This document shows positions 36,671 to 48,239 of a DNA stretch of 64,000 nucleotides, piece after piece. Under the pieces are notes generated by a model. That model did no database searches, had not been told where the DNA came from, and saw only the letters and a program-made list of their open reading frames with translations. Numbering within the stretch: the stretch's first letter is position 1; each line of letters opens with the position of its first letter. A program made the position numbers and the translations under genes. Source of the DNA: Mobula hypostoma (Eukaryota). The DNA is taken from positions 85,190,001 through 85,254,000 of the forward strand of contig NC_086097.1 in the NCBI RefSeq assembly GCF_963921235.1. Direction: 5' to 3'.

Positions 36671-39271
36671 GTGTTTGTAGCCCGGATATTGAACTTTTTG
36701 CTGTTGGACTCCGGCCATATTATTTACCAAGGGAAATCTCGCATGCAATTGTGGTTGTTGTGTACGTCCCTCCCTCTGCCAATCCGATGTCGATGTGTAA
36801 CATCATTTACACCGTCATAGCCAGATTACAAACCCAGCACCCGGGTGCCCTCATTACCATCTCGGGTGACTTCAACCAGGTTACCATGGCTAGAACACTG
36901 CCCAACTTCACGCAGTATGTGAGCTGTACAACCAGAGGGGAGAGGACTCTGGATTTGATGTACGCTAACATTAAGGATGCATACAGCTCCTCTCCCCTCC
37001 CCCCACTGGGAAGGTCAGATCACAACCTGGTGCATCTAAAACCCTGCTACGTGCCTCTGGTGAAGAGTAAACCTGTAACCTCGAGGACAGTGAGGAAATG
37101 GTCGGAGGAGGCTTATGAGGCGCTCCAGGGTTGTTTTGAGGTGACAGACTGGCAGGCACTCTGTGAGCCACATGGAGAGGATATTGATGGGCTCACAGAG
37201 TGCATCACTGATTACATCAACTTCTGTGTGGACTGCAATGTTCGACAAGAACTGTCCTTTGTTATTCAAATAACAAGCCATGGGTGACAAAGGACATTAA
37301 GGACATCCTGAATGCTAAAAAGAGGGTGTTTAGAGATGGAAATAGGGAGGAGCTGAGGGCAATACAGAGTCACCTGAAAGCCAGGATCAGGGAGGCTAAA
37401 GACAGGTACAGGAGGAAGTTTGAGTGGAAACTCCAGCAGAACAACATGAGAGAGGTCTGGAGGGGATGAGGACCATCACTGGGTTCCGGCAAACTAGCAA
37501 CAGAGGAGCAGAAGGCAGTGTGGACAGCGCCAATGAACTTAACCTGTTCTTTAACAGATTTGACATTGTGGCCCCTGCCCATCCCACACATGAGCCATCT
37601 GTTTTCGGCCCCCAACCAACACAAATTCCACTCTCCCCTCCTACCCCTCCTCACAGTCCCCCACCCTGCTCTCATGACTATACCCCTTCCCCACGCGAAA
37701 CCACCACAGTGGGCTTCACAACTGAACAGGTGAGAAGACAGCTGAAACGTCTCAACCCAAGCAAGGCTGCAGGACCGGATGGTGTCAGTACCAGGGTGCT
37801 CAAAGCCTGTGCCCCTCAGCTATGTGGAGTACTTCGCCATGTATTCAACCTGAGCCTGAGGCTCCGGAGGGTTCCTGTACTGTGGAAGACGTCCTGCCTC
37901 GTCCCTGTGCCGAAGATGCCGCGTCACAGTGGCCTCAATGACTACAGACCGGTGGCATTGACCTCCCACATCATGAAGACCCTGGAGAGACTTGTTCTGG
38001 AGCTGCTCCAGCCTATGGGCAGGCCACACTTAGAACCCCTCCAGTTCGCCTACCAACCCCGACTAGGAGTTGAGGATGCCATCGTTCCTCTGCTGAACCG
38101 TGTCTGCGCCCACCTGGACAAGCCAGCGAGCACTGTGAGGGTCATGTTTTTTGACTTCTCCAGTGCGTTCAACACCATCCGCCCTGCTCTGCTGGGGGAG
38201 AAGCTGACAGCGATGCAGGTGGATGCTTCCCTGGTATCATGGATTCTTGATTACCTGACTGGCAGACCACAGTACGTGTGCTTGCAACACTGTGTGTCCG
38301 ACAGAGTGATCAGCAGCACTGGGGCTCCACAGGGGACTGTCTTGTCTCCCTTCCTCTTCACCATTTACACCTCGGACTTCAACTACTGCACAGAGTCTTG
38401 TCATCTTCAGAAGTTTTCTGATGACTCTGCCATAGTTGGATGCATCAGCAAGGGAGATGAGGCTGAGTACAGGGCTGCGGTAGGAAACTTTGTCACATGG
38501 TGTCAGCAGAATTATCTGCAGCTTAATGTGAAAAAGACTAAGGAGCTGGTGGTAGACCTGAGGAGAGCTAAGGTACCGGTGACCCCTGTTTCCATCCAGG
38601 GGGTCAGTGTGGACATGGTGGAGGATTACAAATACCTGGGGATACGAATTGACAATAAACTGGACTGGTCAAAGAACACTGAGGCTGTCTACAAGAAGGG
38701 TCAGAGCCGTCTCTATTTCCTGAGGAGACTGAGGTCCTTTAACATCTGCCGGACAATGCTGAGGATGTTCTACGAGTCTGTGGTGGCCAGTGCTATCATG
38801 TTTGCTGTTGTGTGCTGGGGTAGCAGGCTAAGGGTGGCAGACACCAACAGAATCAACAAACTCATTCGTAAGGCCAGTGATGTTGTGGGGATGGAACTGG
38901 ACTCTCTGATGGTGGTGTCTGAAAAGAGGATGCTGTCCAAGTTGCATGCCATCTTGGTCAATGTCTCCCATCCACTACATAATGTACTGGGTGGGCACAG
39001 GAGTACATTCAGCCAGAGACTCATTACACCAAGATGCCACACAGAGCGTCACAGGAAGTCATTCCTGCCTGTGGCCATCAAACTTTACAACTCCTCCCTT
39101 GAAGGGTCAGACACCCTGAGCCAATAAGCTGGTCCTGGACTTATTTCCTGGCATAATTTACATATTCCTATTTAACTATTTATGGTTCTATTACTATTTA
39201 TAATTTATGGAGCAACTGTAATGAAAACCAATTTCCCCCGGGATCAATAAAGTATGACTATGACTGTGACT
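36671..39271 (+). mobile_element. Rex1/Babar-like LINE (partial APE endonuclease plus RT ORF 37424-39127) inserted in Hero
   Basis: VYVPP, GDFN, TRGERTLD, SDHN, KAAGPD, DYRPVALTS, QFAY and KFSDD motifs; (tatgac)n tail; short AAC duplication at the junctions. Confidence 0.92.
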
Positions 39272-39372
39272 AACTTGAAGGGGTTGGTGATAAAGGCAGC
39301 ACGTTTTCTGGCCCTTTCACGATGCCGCCTCTGGTGCCACTCTGTCCGGTGGAGAACCCTGATCTTCTTGCG

Positions 39373-39533
39373 TGGGATACTCAGCAAATTCTACGTTTGT
39401 GTTGAATATGAAGAGTGACTCCAGATGACGGGAGGCTGTGAGAGGAGACAGACATTGTGATGCTGCGAGACGTGCCTGAGGCTGGTGCATTTTGGAATGT
39501 AGCATTTGAAGATTTCCTTAGCTGATCTTAGCT
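39373..39533 (+). repeat. Right copy of the ~160 bp direct repeat flanking Hero
   Basis: Matches 27077-27236. Confidence 0.95.
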
Positions 39534-42500
39534 AGTCATGTGAGAGGATTGAACTTCTTCAATGCATCTCAGGCAACCGGGCATAATTCTTTGTATTAGT
39601 CTCATCGCTTGAAGGAGTTCCTTCCCCTTGAGTATGCACAACATCTCAGTTTTCTACATCTTACCAAAATCTCCATTGCACTACCTCTCCTATGAATAGC
39701 ATTTCTCTCTCATTCACAGGTCATCGCTGAGCCTGTTACAAAAATTGGATTTGATTAATCGAAATAGCTTTAACATTGTCATATGTTCTGAGATACAATT
39801 AAAAAACTTCATTTTGCAAGATGTCCGTATAGATCACTTTAAAACTTAGGAACATCGAATTAGTACAAGATAAAAGCAAATGCAGAATATAGTGCTACAT
39901 TTACGATACAGAGGAAGTGGAGTGCAAGTAGTTGATAAGATGCAGGGGCCACGACAAGGTAGACTGAGAGGTCAAGAGTTCATCTTTCATGAAGAAGAGG
40001 TCTGTTCAAGAGTTTTGTACAAGTGGGATAGAAGCTGTCCTTGAGCCTGGTTATGTGTGTTGGTTAAGACCTCCATTCACAGTCATCACCCTTCAAATGG
40101 TGGGCGAAAGTACTAAAATAGTAAATAGCACAGGCGTGCATTAAGAAGTGTTGACAATATGGTATCAGGCCCCCATCAGGTTGCCAATGAATAACACTGA
40201 GTGAGCAAAGAACAAACTGCTGGAGAAACTCGGCAGGCCAAGCAGTGACTCTGGGGGTGGGGGGTGGGGGAGAGGATTGGGGCGAGAAGAACTGTCAACG
40301 AGACCCTGCATCAGGGTGAAGTGTGAATTGTGTTACCTGCATGCAGAATCCATTATAATCAGCTGGAATCATCGGGAATATTACTTGTATTCCATTCAAG
40401 AGGTTTCACAAACCTCAGGCTAGTTTCAGAATGAACATGTTAAACCTATGACCTCCCACCAACTCTGACCCCAATCCCGCAATTGTATAGAGCTTGAAGG
40501 ATTCATTAGTTGTTAGAGGTCAGGGTTGGAAGATAGCATTAGCAGCAAGTTGCTTCTCAGTTTTTTTTTCAGTTTACTCCCTGCTATCTCGTTAAATTAA
40601 CCACAGAGGAACGCATACCCTGTTGACTGTTTTCCTTGTCTTGGTTCAAAGGTTCTAGGTGCGACTTTGAACGCAGGATTCATTCTGGGTTCAGTCTCTT
40701 TCTGCCTCACTTGATATTGTTGGAATGTGGAAAGGATAACATATTCATAAACCTGTAACAGAAAGTCAAAGAATACTGTATGAATTTCCCAATCAAACTT
40801 CTGAAATCTGGAAGTCAGCACTTCCACACACAACGGACACTTACTCATGAAATGTAATGATGAACTGCTCGCAAGACATTCATTGCCTGGTGTGGTTCTG
40901 ATCCTCAGGGACAGTCAAGCCTTGGATTTTTGTTGCAATTTAAATGATTTTATTTAAAATATGCTTATATCCTTTCATTTTGAGCTTTTCCTTTTAAAAT
41001 TATGTTCATTGCATTTGTTTTATGCCTCTACAAGGCACCCACTGCTGTGAACTGATGCATCCATGAATGGCACACAATTCAATGTATGCGCTCTATCATT
41101 TTCCTTCCCACCCCCACCCCTGCCCTATCTCTTGCCCCTCCTAAACTGTGATACTCTGCAAATGTTCTTCACATCCTGATGGAGGCAAGCAAAATTCCAC
41201 CTGTTATTGAAAACTGGGATAATATCATGAGCAGGAAGCTGGTATCATAGTTTCAAATGGGAATCCAGTTTGTGAATTAAATCCCCTTCACCTCATTTAG
41301 CTATTGAGTTAGTGTCGTCATCTCATGTGAATGTGAAGTGATTGAAGAAGTTGGTGATTGAGGAAATTAATGCTTATCTCATGAATTGTTAATGAAGGTG
41401 ACATAATGTGTCTCTTTACTGAGCCAACATCACAGATCTGGAAAGAAAACAGACATGCATTCTCACCTGATTGCTTTCCTGAGTTATTGACCAAGAGACT
41501 ACCGAACAATCGATGTCTTTCAGGCAACTGGTCTTATAAATGAGCTTCTGCCTTCTTGAATGCATGTAGCGTGCTTCAGAAATTTCATGAAGGTATTAGA
41601 AATTGGAAACAAGGATGGTGGTTTTACTTTGAGTTGTTTGAAGGTCATTGATGACTGTCGGATGGTAAATTTTAGGTGTCTTTATAGCACAAAAACTGAT
41701 TTATGCAGTAGTTTCCTGCAATCATATGCATGGAATCTCACTTGTCTAAGGCATTCATGATTACCGATGAGGGTAGCAAGCCACAGTGACAGGAGACAGC
41801 AATGCAGACTCATTACTGGACCATCTCTCCCCCTCTCTCTCACATACACACACAAAACAAGTATAGCCATGTCACTTTTGAATAGTAAGGGAAAGAGATG
41901 GCTGCATTGTCTGGCTACATGAGGAGATTCAGCATATATGACTGAGCTTAAGAACTACTTACCTGAAATTTTGAACTAATGAGCATATTCTATAAAGTAA
42001 AAAATGTCCTGGTGGTTGAAGGAGAAGGGGACACAAAGCAGCCGTAGAAAAGTAATACAGTGGAAATCAGAAGCAAAGTGTTCATGAATAATTCAGCCTG
42101 TGCAAAACCTGGCTGATTACCTTTAATCTGAAGCCAAAACCAATAACAGAAACCTGTAAATTTGAGACAAAAATTAAGTAAGGTGTTACAAATGGTGAGT
42201 TTTTACTTTGTCTTCTCCCTTCTAATGTTGATTCTTGTATAAATAGCTATATGAGTAGACTGGTAGTGAGAAAGTTGTTGAGCATTCAATATCTGACTTT
42301 CAAACTTGCATTTAAAATTACTTCTTTTAAATGCTACTTAATAATCCTGGAGCATTTTATCGGCCTTTAACAAGTGGAATTGGCACTATCCACTGTCAGA
42401 GTCGTGTAGCAAAATCAATGGCTCATGAAATAGAGTTTAGAGTATATTTTTTCATAGTTTCTTATAACAGAGAAGTGGGCTATTTAGCCTATTGAACTTA

Positions 42501-42981
42501 TGCTGGTTATCACTGCAATCCCATCCATGCCATTCCCAAACTATGTCACCTATTCTCTCTTACACATGCATCAACTTCATTCTAATTGTCCCACCATCCA
42601 TCTACACTACAGTAGGCAATTAGTACAACTATCATTTGGTCAGTCAGTGCTGTGCCAATGGCCATCATATGCACAGTCCTGAAAGAGTAGAACAGCCAAA
42701 TATTTCATTTGCCAAAAGATGGAAAGGTATTGCTGTTTCGAGAGACTAGGTCTTCTTGTATACAAATTGTAGAAAGTTAACATTCAGGTCAACAAGCAGA
42801 TAGAAAGGTAAACACAGTGTTGGCCTTTAACATAAGGAGGTTTGATAGGAAACTGAAAGGTATCCATCTTCTGTTCTATAGGGCCATGATGAATACCGGC
42901 AATATTGTTCACAGCTTTGGCCTCATGACCCAAGGAAAGATATACTTATAAGATAAGAACTGCAAAGAAGGTCCATAAATT

Positions 42982-43273
42982 GGGACAGCACAGTAGCATA
43001 ATGGTTAGCATAACGCTTTACTGTACAAGTGACCTGAGTCCAATTCCCGCCACTGTCTGTAAGGAGTTTGTACATTCTCCCCATGACCACATGGATTTCC
43101 TCCAGATGCTCCAGTTTCCTCACACAGTCCAAAGACCTGCTAGTTGGTAGATTAATTTGTCGTTGTAAATTGTCATGTGATTAGGCTAGGATTAAATTGG
43201 GGGGATTGCTGGGCGGCACAGCTCAATGGGCTGGAAGGGCCTCTTCCACACTGTATCTCAATAAATACATAAA
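42982..43273 (+). mobile_element. tRNA-derived V-SINE inserted in an old CR1 (~42690-43795)
   Basis: gggacagcacagtagcataatggttagc A-box, gagtccaattccc B-box, V-domain, and a ctgtatctcaataaat tail. Confidence 0.8.
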
Positions 43274-44132
43274 GATTAGATCCTGAGATGGAGAGGGCAG
43301 AGTCCATAATCTCTAAAGTTTGCATGGATGGAATGTATATCTACTGAATGCATCAACGAAATCACAATAAAACTTTTAAAAAAATCTTATGGGATTTGTC
43401 AGGGAAATCCAGAGATGATATTCTTCTCACAAACAAGAGAAAATCTGCAGATGCTGGAAATCCTGGCAACAAACACAAAATGCATTTTGTATGATATTCT
43501 CCTTGTTGGGGTGTGTAGAGCCAGAGGCTGTAGTTTCCGAATAATCAATTGGTGATTAAGGATTGAAATGAGAAGAAGGTTCTTTACACGTAGGTAAAGA
43601 ACACTTGGAATTCTGTACCCAAGAGGGCTGTGGAGGCTTAGTTGAGTATATTCAAAGCAAGTTATTTGAATAAAAGGGGAATCGAGAGATAAGGGGAATA
43701 AAGAAGGACAGCTTTGAAGTAAAAGCCATAATCTTACTGATTGACTGATGGGATATTATTGGTCACATGGCCTGTTCCTGCTTCCAATTCTTCTGTTCTA
43801 AAAGGCAGGCAATCTGTGGAGCCAAAGTGAATTTCAGCAGCCATTTCAAATGTCAATAAAAATAAATGATAATTAGTTTATTCAGACAAAAAGGAACTGG
43901 TTTTGTATTTTGTCAATGCCACAAGTAGCAGTCAGACAGATTTTCAAGTAAAGATATTGAGCATTTTAAAAAAATATTGCAATGATGATGATTAAACAAT
44001 CAGTGAATGAATGTGTGGATTAATACCGTCGCAGAGTATTCAATAATTTATCAAGAACTTTACCCAAGCAACTACACTTTGACACCATTGGTTGTCAAAC
44101 AGAAAATCTATCCTGGCAAGGCTTCACAAACA

Positions 44133-45028
44133 TTAGGGCATAGAACACAGTCAATACAATGGTAGCACTAAGTCAACAGCCCAGTGTATATAAGGAGGGA
44201 TTGGCTAGCAAATCTCTTTACTGAAAGAACGTTTCTACTGGGGGATACTTCAGAGAAGCTCCTTGGCTTATTATTGTGAAGCATATATTCAAACGCAGAT
44301 CGCAAGCATCACATGGTACAATGGGCATATTCACATCAGGTAAGATGCAAAGCCAGTTTATGGCAAGCGCAGATTGGACCTGCAAGTTCTAAGAGTCACA
44401 ATCACCATCAGCACAGGTGCATCAGTCGTGCTTAGCCCCCTTGCTCTATTCGCTTTACACTTATGACCTTGTGGCTAAGCACAGCTCCTGTGCAATATTC
44501 AAGTTTGCTGATGACACCATTGTCATAGGCCGAATCATTGGTGGTGAAGAATCAACATATTGAAAAGCTGGCTGGGTGGTGCTTCTGCAGCAACCTCTTA
44601 ATCAATGTCAGTAAGATCAAGGAGGAGGAAACCAGAGAGGTCCATGTACCAGTCCTAACCTGAGGATCAGAGGTGGAGAGGATCAGCAACTTTAAATTCC
44701 TTGGTGTTATCATTTCAGAGGACCTGTCCTGGGCCCTACAAGGAAGTGCAATTATGAAGGAAGCACAGAGGCACCTTCACATTTTTAGGAAGATTCGGCA
44801 TTGACATCTAAAACTTTGACAAACCTTAGGGCATAGAACACAGTCAATACAATGGTAGCACTAAGTCAACAGCCCAGTGTATATAAGGAGGGATTGGCTA
44901 GCAAATCTCTTTACTGAAAGAACGTTTCTACTGGGGGATACTTCAGAGAAGCTCCTTCGCTTATTATTGTGAAGCATATATTCAAAGGCAAATCGCAAGC
45001 ATCACATGGTACAATGGGCATATTCACA
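44133..45028 (+). repeat. 203 bp dispersed direct repeat (44133-44335 and 44826-45028)
   Basis: Two copies with 3 mismatches. Confidence 0.95.
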
Positions 45029-45605
45029 GATGTGTGGTAGAGACTGGTTGCATCACAGCCTGGTATGGAAACACCAATGCCCTTGAATGGAAATGCCTAC
45101 AGAAAGTAGTGGATACAGCCAGTCCCTCACGGGTAAAGCCCACCCCACCACTGAGCACTTCTACCTGGAGCATTATCACAGGAAAGCAGCATCCATCATC
45201 AGGGGCCCCCGTCACCCAGATCACGCTCTCTTCTCACTGCTGCCTTCAGGAAGAAGGTACAGGAGCCTCAAGACCAGGTTCAGGAACAGTTATTACCCTC
45301 AAACATCAGGCTCTTGAACCAAACGGGAAAACTTCACTCAGCTTCACTTGCCCCATCATTGAAGTGTTCTCACTGCGTATGTACTGATTCCTTATCTCCT
45401 GCTCTGGTTATTTATTGCTTATTTACTGTATTTATTATTACTATTATTTCATCCCTTTTGTAACGCCACAGTTTGTTGTCTTATGCACTCTGGTTGAACA
45501 CACAAGTTGGTGCACCTTCCATTACTAATTTCCTGAGTATGCCTGCAAGAAAATGAATCTCAGGATTATATATGGTGATATATATGTACTTTAATAATAA
45601 ATATA
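44420..45605 (+). mobile_element. Rex1/L2-like LINE 3' part interrupted by the 203 bp copy
   Basis: aagtttgctgatgacacc (KFADDT), CITAWYG, and HPDHALFSLLPSGRRYRS. Confidence 0.8.
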
Positions 45606-45614
45606 TTTACTTAT

Positions 45615-45969
45615 TTTGTCTATTTATTGTCATACAGCGCAGAATTGGTCCTTCCGGCCCTTTGAGCCATGGCCTCCAGCAACCCCACTACACCCCGCCA
45701 TTTAATCCTGCTTAATCGCAGACAATTTACAATGACCAATTAACCTACCAACCGGTACGTCTTTGGCCAGGAGAGTGTGGGAGGAAACCAGAGCACCCGG
45801 AGGAAACCCACATGGATAAATGGAGAATGCATGAACTCCTTACAGGCAGCAGCGGGAATTGAACCCCGCTCAACTGTACTGTAAAGCGTTGTGCCCACCT
45901 GTATTGTAAAGCGTTGTGCCCACCTGTACTGTAAAGCGTTGTGCTAACCACTATGTCTCCGTGCCGCCC
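45615..45969 (-). mobile_element. V-SINE with an internal 25 bp tandem triplication (45874-45944)
   Basis: Reverse complement starts gggcggcacggagacatagtggttagc; V-domain present; ctgtactgtaaagcgttgtgcccac x~2.8. Confidence 0.8.
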
Positions 45970-46754
45970 AACTTTGAATTTTGAATTTCAAGAAAGTAGT
46001 GAAAAAGCCACAGCAAACTGCTCTGCTCTGAAAATGGCTTAAGTTAAACGTACCAAACCAATAGTATTTACGGTTTAAAAAAACAAAATATGGGGACGTG
46101 ATATGAGTGATGGTATTGAATTTGCTGACCATGAAGCTCTGAACTCAAATGCAGGCCTTTACCCCTATCAGATATAGATAGCCATGAGTACTCTCACTAA
46201 GGGGAGATTATGCTGTAACGATCCAATCTTCAAAGACTAGTTTCCTTCCCTGTTTATTCACCACGGTGAGTTCAGCTAACAATACCCACTAATTGAGTGG
46301 TGGGTTCTCCCCCACCGCCGAACAAAGAGAAGATACTTTGAGTTAACAAAGTAGTTTAAAACACTGCTCATTTGTTTTCCGCAATACATGTTTAAATCCA
46401 AACAACACTCTTAGAACACATCTAAAACTCACAGAGGGCTTCTATCTTATAAGACATTTCCAGATTACAAACCTTTTCTAAAACACAAAGAATCTCCAAA
46501 ACACAGATAGGATTCCTATAAACTAAAGAAACATACCAACAATACAGAAGAATAAATCATCGTTGCTGAAATCGAAGCCAGAGAAACGGATTCTAGCTCA
46601 CTCCTTTCATTCTTCTTGATGTTCTTTACCCCATTCCTAATAGCTGGAACTGTTGTCTACACTTATACCCTTTGCCATTTGAGTGACTTCACATATATGT
46701 GATGGTTCCTCAGATACTCTTTTTGCACAACCTTAAGTCAACCTTAAGAGCACT

Positions 46755-47450
46755 GACAGAAAAACCAGGAAACCTAACAATGAGGAGTAACCCATTGCTA
46801 CCACTTGTCTTCCCTATATTTCCACAGTTTCTGGAAGTATCACCAGGATCCTGGAGAATTACCGGATTAATTCCAACCACAAACCCGTAAGGAAGCTCAA
46901 GTCACAGTTTGTGCAGGTCAAAGATGACCTTAGACTCAGGTTGGCTGGCATTTACAGGATTCCCTGTGAATCTGGAGCAGCGTATATCGACCAGATGGGA
47001 TACATGGTGGAAATGTGCATCAAAGAGCACAGGAGGTGTATCCATTTGGGTTACCCGGAGAAATCGGCAGTATCAGAACACTGCATTCGCAATGGCCATA
47101 GGATTGACTTCAACAGCATAAAACTACTGTGCCGCGCCAGTGACTTTTGGGATCGCCTGGTAAAGGAAGCCATTGAAATAAAACTGGAGGAAAAGTAACT
47201 TTTGTATTTTGATAAAGCCAAAGCTCTCACTCTAAGTAAGAACTGGAATCCGATTGTAAACAAGGTGAAAGAGCGAAGACCTGATTGGACGAGGACTAAC
47301 CAATCAGAGGGATGGATTACAGGGTATAAATACCACTGGACTAGACATGCCCAGGCATCATCCCTGACGAGGATGGCCGAGTTTGTCATTGAAATGTCGG
47401 TGATAATCATTACCCTTACCTGGCTAGAAGCCCGAGAAGAATTTATTCAA
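46755..47450 (+). mobile_element. Penelope-like element of a second family (Penelope/Poseidon-type GIY-YIG), 3' fragment
   Basis: ORF 46911-47198 AGIYRIPC..AYIDQ..IKEH..SAVSEH..HRIDF..RLVKEAIEI. Confidence 0.85.
47357..47404 (+). ncRNA. Hammerhead ribozyme of the second Penelope family
   Basis: ATCATCC-CTGACGA-GGATGGC-CGAGTTT-GTCATT-GAAA-TGTC-GGTGAT; stems I and II can pair. Confidence 0.7.
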
Positions 47451-48239
47451 TAAAGTTGGAAGTATACTCACAATTGTTTTGACCTTGACAAGAGGCAGCT
47501 GCTGTGTTTAAAAAGTGAGCATTGCAAAACATGTGACCCCACGCCCCTTGCTCAGGAAATGAATATCCATCTCATGTGAAGACTACAAATCTACACTCAC
47601 TTTGCAAGACCTGCAGGTGATGAATAAGATCAGAAACATTCATAGCGCCTAAGCACAATTAAATATTGAAAAGATAGCACCACCTGACTGTCTACACATG
47701 GAACAGAACACAACATTCCAAGCCTTAAGATTTTTTAAGTGTTGGATCATTGCTTTGTTTTTATTGATTGCTACAAGCGGAGAAGAAGAAAACCTCCAGA
47801 TTTTGGAAGTGGTGCCAGGAGATTACCCAAGTGAATTGAAATGAAGCAGTTGCATGCTTTTCAATCGGGTGATTTGTCTCTTGGTTTGAGAGTTAATGCT
47901 GATGGCCTACATCAGTGACAAAAAATAGTAGAGGTGACCACTAATGCATTGAAACTTGGAAATATAGCAGATATAGCAATTCCCCTAAGTGTAGAATGAC
48001 GTGCTATTGCTAGCAGTTTTTGTGATGGCGGGCAGGTCATTGTATCATTTGTTGAGAAAGGAAGAGCAATGGGGGTTGGATAAGGAAGCTTAGTGTGCTT
48101 ATATTGAAAGCTTAGTAAGTGAAATTCTCCATGTTGATTCTGATGTTATGTCTGAATTATCATAGTGCAGTAATGTTGATGTGAAAGAAAATCCCATTGT
48201 TTTAGTTTCTTCCTCTGTCAAGGAGACAACATGATTATT

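Larger units (their letters stand above)
27237..39372 (-). mobile_element. Hero-like (R2/NeSL group) non-LTR retrotransposon, 5'-truncated, ~2.8 kb in four pieces
   Basis: Pieces 39372-39275, 36670-36406, 29904-29155 and 28917-27237 join into one protein: ...AFITNPFKFTKE...SAPGP...KNCP|KPLLRLWK...FRIISLL...WLDLANAYGS...FMDD...CPLC..HILSGC...RPDIVL..LLELTVPW (RT, CCHC zinc knuckle, PD-(D/E)xK endonuclease). Stop at 27385. Confidence 0.88.

Noticed and set aside
36598..37287. 229 aa ORF as a host nuclease gene
   Set aside because: Truncated APE endonuclease of the Rex1-like LINE; its start lies in antisense Hero sequence.
27077..39533. Reading the 160 bp repeats as LTRs of a 12 kb LTR retrotransposon
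   Set aside because: No TG..CA ends, external TSD, gag, protease or integrase; the interior is entirely non-LTR elements plus a solo LTR.
40573..40590. Candidate NCX3 micro-exon C after a poly(T)-CAG acceptor
   Set aside because: Would encode VYSLLS rather than ALLLSP, and the donor gttaaa is poor.
42982..43060. tRNA gene
   Set aside because: A and B boxes belong to a SINE head that continues into a V-domain; no complete cloverleaf.
45874..45944. CRISPR-like array
   Set aside because: Head-to-tail repeats without spacers, inside a SINE in vertebrate DNA.
46215..47700. Possible third solo LTR around the Penelope fragment
   Set aside because: Starts with TGTAAC, but I found no matching CA end with a TSD.
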